Assembly: GCF_013167455.1 (NCBI RefSeq)
Contig: NZ_CP038328.1
DNA: 64,000 bases
Reading direction: 5' to 3' (one strand)
Origin: Escherichia coli O157:H7
GTDB lineage: Bacteria; Pseudomonadota; Gammaproteobacteria; Enterobacterales; Enterobacteriaceae
The position numbers and the translations under genes were made by a program. Positions 58,564 to 64,000 of this stretch are shown in pieces (the stretch's first letter is position 1; every line of letters begins with the position of its first letter). The notes under the pieces are model-generated. The model was not told the DNA's origin and ran no database searches. It was given only the letters and a program-made list of their open reading frames with translations.

Positions 58564-59265
58564 CTGAACACACCGGCACAGCTCTCTTTGCCACTTTATC
58601 TTCCTGACGACGAAACCTTTGCAAGTTTCTGGCCGGGGGATAACTCCTCTTTACTGGCCGCGCTGCAAAACGTGCTGCGTCAGGAACATAGCGGTTACAT
58701 CTATCTCTGGGCACGCGAAGGCGCGGGGCGCAGCCATCTGCTGCACGCGGCTTGCGCGGAATTGTCGCAGCGTGGCGATGCGGTGGGCTATGTCCCGCTG
58801 GATAAACGCACCTGGTTTGTTCCGGAAGTGCTCGACGGTATGGAGCATTTGTCGCTGGTCTGTATCGACAACATTGAGTGTATTGCAGGCGATGAGTTGT
58901 GGGAGATGGCGATTTTCGATCTCTACAATCGAATTCTGGAATCGGGCAAAACACGGTTGTTGATCACCGGCGATCGTCCACCGCGGCAGTTGAATCTGGG
59001 ATTACCGGATCTCGCGTCGCGACTCGACTGGGGGCAGATCTACAAATTGCAGCCACTTTCTGATGAAGATAAGTTGCAGGCGCTACAGTTACGCGCGCGT
59101 TTGCGTGGTTTTGAACTGCCGGAAGATGTGGGGCGTTTCTTGCTGAAGCGGCTCGACAGAGAAATGCGCACGCTATTTATGACGTTGGATCAGTTGGATC
59201 GTGCGTCGATTACCGCGCAACGTAAGCTGACCATTCCGTTTGTGAAAGAAATTCTGAAGTTGTAG
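58564..59265 (+). CDS. hda: DnaA-inactivating AAA+ protein Hda (probable CTG start)
   Basis: ORF track frame 58519..59265 (248 codons, GTG start at 58519); the 233 aa form starts at CTG 58564 ([14 protein letters not shown]); AAA+ Walker A-like EGAGRSHLL. Confidence 0.8.
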
Positions 59266-59280
59266 ATAAGGTGTTTATTG

Positions 59281-59373
59281 TCGGATGCGGCGCGAACGCC
59301 TTATCCGAACTACGCGAAGTTAATCCATAGAATTCGTAGGCCGGATAAGACGTGGCAAGCGTCGCATCCGGCA
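59281..59373. repeat. REP / BIME element
   Basis: tcggatgcggcgcgaacgccttatccgaactac ... gtaggccggataagacgtggcaagcgtcgcatccggca. Confidence 0.8.
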
Positions 59374-59402
59374 ATGTGCTTCAACTAGCGATGGAGCACA
59401 TC

Positions 59403-59762
59403 TTAACCCACGATTTCCAGTACCTGCTCCGGTGGACGACCAATCCGCGCTTTGCCATTCGCGACCACAATCGGGCGCTCCATCAGCTTCGGATTATCCA
59501 CCATTGCCTGAATCAGCGCCTCTTCGCTAAGCGAACTGTCAGCCAGGTTCAGTTCTTTATAAAGATCCTCTTTCTGGCGCATCAATTCACGGGCGCTATT
59601 CATCCCCAGCATTTTCAGCAAATCGCGCAGCGTTGCCGCATCGGCGGGTGTCTCAAGGTAGAGCACCACTTCTGGCTCCACGCCGTTTTCTTTCAGCAGG
59701 TTCAGCGTTTCCCGGCTCTTTGAACAGCGTGGGTTATGGTAGATTTTTACCTGTTTGGTCAT
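59403..59762 (-). CDS. yfgD: ArsC/Spx-family protein (arsenate reductase-like)
   Basis: 119 aa ORF MTKQVKIYHNPRCSKSRETL (catalytic Cys). Confidence 0.88.
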   Translation of the reverse strand: MTKQVKIYHNPRCSKSRETLNLLKENGVEPEVVLYLETPADAATLRDLLKMLGMNSARELMRQKEDLYKELNLADSSLSEEALIQAMVDNPKLMERPIVVANGKARIGRPPEQVLEIVG

Positions 59763-59782
59763 TGTTCTTCCTTTAATGCGAA

Positions 59783-61246
59783 TTACATCTTGGTATAAGG
59801 CTTAAAGCGTTCCTGCAGCTGGCGCAACTGGTCGATGCGCGCATCGTAACGCGCTTGTTGCAGGCTGCCTAATTTCACCTGCGAACTGGCGCTACTCAAC
59901 AGCGAAATGGCCTGATCGAGTCGTCCGGCGAGCGCATAACCTTCTGCTCGCGCAGCCAGCTCCTGATCGCGGTTATTTAGCGCGGCTTCCGCCTGTGCCA
60001 GCAAATCCCAGCCGTTGCTGTCATCTTTATTATTAAAGGTGTAGCGATTAAGAATATTGGCCGCTTCTTGTGGTTGACCGCCTTGTAGATAAGCGTTCGC
60101 CAGGTTGAGCTGCAACACAGGATTGGTGCGCAAATCGCGGGCATTTTTCAGACGATTGATCGCCTCATTGGCTTTGTTTTGCCCAAGATCGATATCAGTA
60201 GCCAGATCGAGATACCATGCGTTGCCAGGTTCTGCCGCCAGTAACGGTTGCAGCGTTTTTCGCGCCTCGTCGTATTTATTGGCTTCCATCGCCTGTAAAG
60301 CACGACCATATTGCGCCGCTCGTTGCTGACGAACGTTTCCTTTCGCCCATTCATCCAGCAAATCACTGGTGAGCTGGTTACGTCCGGAATTATACATCCC
60401 CAGTGTGCGCGCTTTCGCCAGATAGAAATCTTCCGACGACTGCACCACCATCGGGCGCATCTGATTAGCACGGTTGCGGGCATCTGCCAGACGACTTTCC
60501 GGCAACGGGTGAGTCAGTAAAATTTCCGGCGGGCGCGAGGAGTAACGCGCCTGATCGAGTAATTTTTCGAGGAAGGTTGGCATCGCCTGCGGATCGAATC
60601 CCGAGCGTTGCAGCACCTGAATACCAATGCGGTCCGCTTCCTGTTCATTTTGCTGGGTGAAACTGATCATCCCCTGACGCGTTCCCGCCAGTGTACCGGT
60701 CAGCGCCGCCATCCCCGCCTGCGGACTGGCCATCGCCAGTAAAATAGAACCTAACGCGCCGACCCAGGTCAGCGGCGCGTTGCGCTGCTGATCTTCCATC
60801 GCTCGCGCCAGGTGACGTTGGGTGACGTGGGAGATTTCGTGCGCCATAACTGAAGCCAGTTGACTTTCGTTATCGGAATAACGGAACAGGGCAGAGTGCA
60901 GCACCACGTTGCCGCCAAAGAAAGCAAAGGCGTTAATTTCGTCGTTGTTGATCAGAAAGAAATGAAACGGTGTCTTAACCGAATTGGCATGCGAAACCAG
61001 ACGCATCCCCAGCGAATTAATATATTGCGTTAACAGCGGGTCATTAATTAACGGCGCGCTGCCGCGTAGCTGGCGGACATAATAGTCGCCCATCTGCATT
61101 TCCTGACCAATGGAAAGCGTGCTTCCTGCGGAGGTTCCCATATCCGGCAAGGTGTCTGCGCTGTCGGCAAATGCCGGGGCTACCTGACCAATGGTCATAG
61201 CAGCAATGAGGGTTGCAACCAGGTTTTTTTTCAACTGCCTGAACAT
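59783..61246 (-). CDS. bepA: Periplasmic M48 metalloprotease/chaperone with TPR domain
   Basis: 487 aa ORF; signal peptide; HExxH motif ([12 protein letters not shown]); C-terminal TPR repeats. Confidence 0.92.
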   Translation of the reverse strand: MFRQLKKNLVATLIAAMTIGQVAPAFADSADTLPDMGTSAGSTLSIGQEMQMGDYYVRQLRGSAPLINDPLLTQYINSLGMRLVSHANSVKTPFHFFLINNDEINAFAFFGGNVVLHSALFRYSDNESQLASVMAHEISHVTQRHLARAMEDQQRNAPLTWVGALGSILLAMASPQAGMAALTGTLAGTRQGMISFTQQNEQEADRIGIQVLQRSGFDPQAMPTFLEKLLDQARYSSRPPEILLTHPLPESRLADARNRANQMRPMVVQSSEDFYLAKARTLGMYNSGRNQLTSDLLDEWAKGNVRQQRAAQYGRALQAMEANKYDEARKTLQPLLAAEPGNAWYLDLATDIDLGQNKANEAINRLKNARDLRTNPVLQLNLANAYLQGGQPQEAANILNRYTFNNKDDSNGWDLLAQAEAALNNRDQELAARAEGYALAGRLDQAISLLSSASSQVKLGSLQQARYDARIDQLRQLQERFKPYTKM

Positions 61247-61458
61247 AACCTCTATCCTGTATTTCTGAAGATAGTCATTTGACCGATACTGTGAAATATC
61301 GTTCCCACCGCGCCGCCTTTGAGTGTAACGGCGAAGATTAGCCCACTCAAATGACTTTTCAGTTTCCTGAATCCGTCATAAAAAGCGAAGTCTTTTTTGT
61401 GACATTTCGATACAATTGCGGATCGCAATCCCGCTCTTGAGGTTCAGGGAAGGTCTTT

Positions 61459-62520
61459 ATGCTCGAAATGTTGATGCAATGGTATCGCCGCCGTTTTAGC
61501 GACCCGGAAGCGATTGCCTTGCTGGTTATTTTAGTTGCCGGATTTGGCATTATCTTTTTCTTTAGTGGCCTGCTTGCTCCGTTGCTGGTGGCTATTGTGC
61601 TGGCCTATTTGCTGGAATGGCCAACCGTGCGCCTGCAATCTATTGGCTGCTCCCGCCGCTGGGCGACGTCGATTGTATTGGTGGTTTTCGTCGGTATATT
61701 GCTACTGATGGCGTTCGTGGTACTGCCTATCGCCTGGCAGCAGGGCATCTACTTAATCCGCGATATGCCGGGGATGCTCAATAAGCTTTCTGACTTTGCC
61801 GCCACGTTGCCGCGCCGCTATCCGGCGTTAATGGATGCGGGCATTATTGATGCAATGGCCGAAAATATGCGCAGTCGGATGCTGACCATGGGCGATTCGG
61901 TGGTGAAAATTTCCCTCGCCTCGCTGGTCGGTTTGCTGACCATTGCCGTCTATCTGGTGCTGGTACCATTGATGGTCTTCTTCCTGCTGAAAGACAAAGA
62001 GCAGATGCTGAATGCCGTTCGCCGGGTGCTGCCGCGTAACCGTGGACTGGCAGGACAGGTGTGGAAGGAGATGAATCAACAAATCACCAACTATATCCGC
62101 GGCAAAGTGCTGGAGATGATCGTAGTAGGGATCGCCACCTGGCTGGGATTCTTACTCTTCGGGCTGAACTATTCGCTGCTGCTGGCGGTGCTGGTCGGCT
62201 TCTCGGTACTTATTCCGTACATTGGCGCATTTGTGGTGACCATTCCGGTGGTTGGCGTGGCGCTATTCCAGTTTGGTGCAGGCACTGAATTCTGGAGCTG
62301 TTTCGCGGTGTATCTGATCATTCAGGCGCTTGACGGCAACCTGTTAGTACCGGTGTTGTTCTCCGAAGCGGTTAACCTGCATCCGCTGGTGATTATTTTA
62401 TCGGTGGTGATCTTCGGTGGTTTGTGGGGATTCTGGGGCGTATTCTTCGCCATTCCATTGGCGACGCTGATCAAAGCCGTGATCCACGCCTGGCCCGATG
62501 GGCAAATAGCGCAAGAATAA
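61459..62520 (+). CDS. perM: AI-2E family permease
   Basis: 353 aa multi-pass membrane ORF. Confidence 0.88.
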   Translation: MLEMLMQWYRRRFSDPEAIALLVILVAGFGIIFFFSGLLAPLLVAIVLAYLLEWPTVRLQSIGCSRRWATSIVLVVFVGILLLMAFVVLPIAWQQGIYLIRDMPGMLNKLSDFAATLPRRYPALMDAGIIDAMAENMRSRMLTMGDSVVKISLASLVGLLTIAVYLVLVPLMVFFLLKDKEQMLNAVRRVLPRNRGLAGQVWKEMNQQITNYIRGKVLEMIVVGIATWLGFLLFGLNYSLLLAVLVGFSVLIPYIGAFVVTIPVVGVALFQFGAGTEFWSCFAVYLIIQALDGNLLVPVLFSEAVNLHPLVIILSVVIFGGLWGFWGVFFAIPLATLIKAVIHAWPDGQIAQE

Positions 62521-62524
62521 TCTT

Positions 62525-62558
62525 CAGCCCGACGAACTGTTTCGCCGGGCTGATTTTT
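62525..62558. terminator. Putative bidirectional terminator between perM and focB
   Basis: cagcccgacgaactgtttcgccgggctg followed by a T-run. Confidence 0.45.
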
Positions 62559-63406
62559 CAGGATTCCTGACGTAAATAAATAGCCCGATAACAAATACTC
62601 ACCAGCACTGCACCGCCGATAATATTACCCAGCATCACCGGGAGCAGATTGGCGGTAATAAAATGGCTGACCGTCAGTGCAGGAAAATTGTCTGCGCTAC
62701 TGTGCGCCAGTTGCCAGAAGGAGGTAGGGGCGAAATGGCGAATGGCAATGGCGAACGGAATCACAAACAAATTGGCGATACAGTGCTCAAAGCCACTGGC
62801 GACAAACAGGGTGATGGGCAAAATCATGGCGACGATTTTGTCGCATAACGAACGCCCGCAATAACTCATCCACAGCGCCAGGCAAACCATCAGATTGCAC
62901 ATAATGCCGAGGCTGACAGATTCAGTAAATGTATGATGCATTTTGCCCTCGGCGCAGTGTAAAACCGCGACTCCCCACATCGCGTTTTCACTCATCACCA
63001 GCCCGGAAAACCAGATTAACAAACTGAAACAGGCAATACCTGCCAGATTACCGCAGGCCACCAGAAGTGCGTTAATCAGCCAAGTTCGCCAACTAATAAC
63101 GCCCCGACTTTTTGCCATCACCGTCATTACCGACGAGGTGAACAGGCTGGTGCCGCAAACCGCCAGCAAAATAAAGCCGAGTGTAAAGCAAAGGCCGCCC
63201 ACCAGATGGGTTAATGCCTGTGAAGACGGGGCATCGGCGATAACGGAAAGGTAAAAAGTAAATCCGATCGCCATAAACACGCCAGCGGACATCGCCATTA
63301 AAAAGACCGACACTTTACTGCGGGCAATTTTATGGGCGGCAATCCGTTCAGCGATTGCCGCTTTTCTGGCGCTCAACTGCAAGTCGAAAGAGAGTTTGTT
63401 TCTCAT
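62558..63406 (-). CDS. focB: Formate channel (FNT family)
   Basis: 282 aa multi-pass ORF; adjacent to hyfR. Confidence 0.88.
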   Translation of the reverse strand: MRNKLSFDLQLSARKAAIAERIAAHKIARSKVSVFLMAMSAGVFMAIGFTFYLSVIADAPSSQALTHLVGGLCFTLGFILLAVCGTSLFTSSVMTVMAKSRGVISWRTWLINALLVACGNLAGIACFSLLIWFSGLVMSENAMWGVAVLHCAEGKMHHTFTESVSLGIMCNLMVCLALWMSYCGRSLCDKIVAMILPITLFVASGFEHCIANLFVIPFAIAIRHFAPTSFWQLAHSSADNFPALTVSHFITANLLPVMLGNIIGGAVLVSICYRAIYLRQES

Positions 63407-63427
63407 GCATACTCCTGCAAAAGCAGA

Positions 63428-64000
63428 TTACAACACCTCGCGAACCGAGATCCCCAGACGCTGCATTCGTGACAGCAGCGTGGTGCGCTTCATCCCTAAT
63501 CGTGTCGCCGCGCCACGGGGCCCGGCAACAATGCCATTGGTTTCTCGCAATACCTGAACAATGCGCTGACGTTCTTCTTCGTCATTCTCTGGCGTCGTCG
63601 GGTGCAGCAACTGCGCCATTGAACTGCGAAGCGCTGAATCTTCATTTAGCGTCGGCAGTAAACGGCTTTGTCGGACATTAAGATGTAAATTCAGACTGTT
63701 ACCGCGAGTCAGCAGTACCGCTCGCTCAATCACGTTTTCCAGCTCGCGCACGTTGCCCGGCCAATCCCACGACATCAACTGGCGTAGTGCCTCGGTCGGG
63801 ATGGCGTCAATTGCGCGATTCATATGGCGCGCCATTTTTTGCGTGAAATGTTTTGCTAAAAGAGGGATATCTTCCGGACGGTCTCGCAGCGGCGGCAATT
63901 CCAGTGGGAAGACATTCAGGCGATAAAAGAGATCGCTGCGAAACTGGCGATCTTCAACCATTTGCCACAAATCACGGTTGGTGGCGGCAATGACTCTGAC
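63428..64000 (-). CDS. hyfR: Sigma-54-dependent transcriptional activator, truncated by window end (N-terminal part missing)
   Basis: C-terminal sigma-54 activator region with HTH (...[16 protein letters not shown]); reading frame runs off the window edge. Confidence 0.85.
   Translation of the reverse strand, partial: VRVIAATNRDLWQMVEDRQFRSDLFYRLNVFPLELPPLRDRPEDIPLLAKHFTQKMARHMNRAIDAIPTEALRQLMSWDWPGNVRELENVIERAVLLTRGNSLNLHLNVRQSRLLPTLNEDSALRSSMAQLLHPTTPENDEEERQRIVQVLRETNGIVAGPRGAATRLGMKRTTLLSRMQRLGISVREVL

Overview
This window is Escherichia coli chromosome, read as the reverse complement of the usual K-12 map orientation, running from the hca operon to hyfR (K-12 b2542 down to b2491). Gene content and order are collinear with K-12 throughout: hcaDBCFE, hcaR, hcaT, csiE, yfhR, suhB, trmJ, iscRSUA-hscBA-fdx-iscX, pepB, sseB, sseA, yfhM-pbpC, ndk, rlmN, rodZ, ispG, hisS, yfgM, bamB, der, yfgJ, xseA, guaBA, yfgIHG, pdeF, ppx, ppk, purNM, upp, uraA, hda, yfgD, bepA, perM, focB, hyfR. 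The one exception is a roughly 4.9 kb segment between pbpC and ndk (about 27499..32477), which are adjacent genes in K-12. It carries a tightly coupled four-gene operon for a Tat-exported DmsABC-type molybdoenzyme plus an unusual cysteine-rich polyferredoxin, preceded by a near-consensus FNR box. This is the main accessory feature and the best candidate for an uncharacterised system; its substrate cannot be read from sequence. The second point of interest is the sseB-sseA intergenic region (RyfA locus), which holds a 41-codon hydrophobic ORF with a hairpin abutting its start codon, resembling a type I toxin. Several intergenic repeats (ERIC, REP/BIME, a BoxC-like element) and regulatory sites (IscR operator, PurR box, FNR boxes, upp T-tract) are visible. 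No tRNA, rRNA, CRISPR array, IS element or prophage gene was found. All identifications rest on reading the supplied ORF translations and DNA against remembered protein families; no database search was run.
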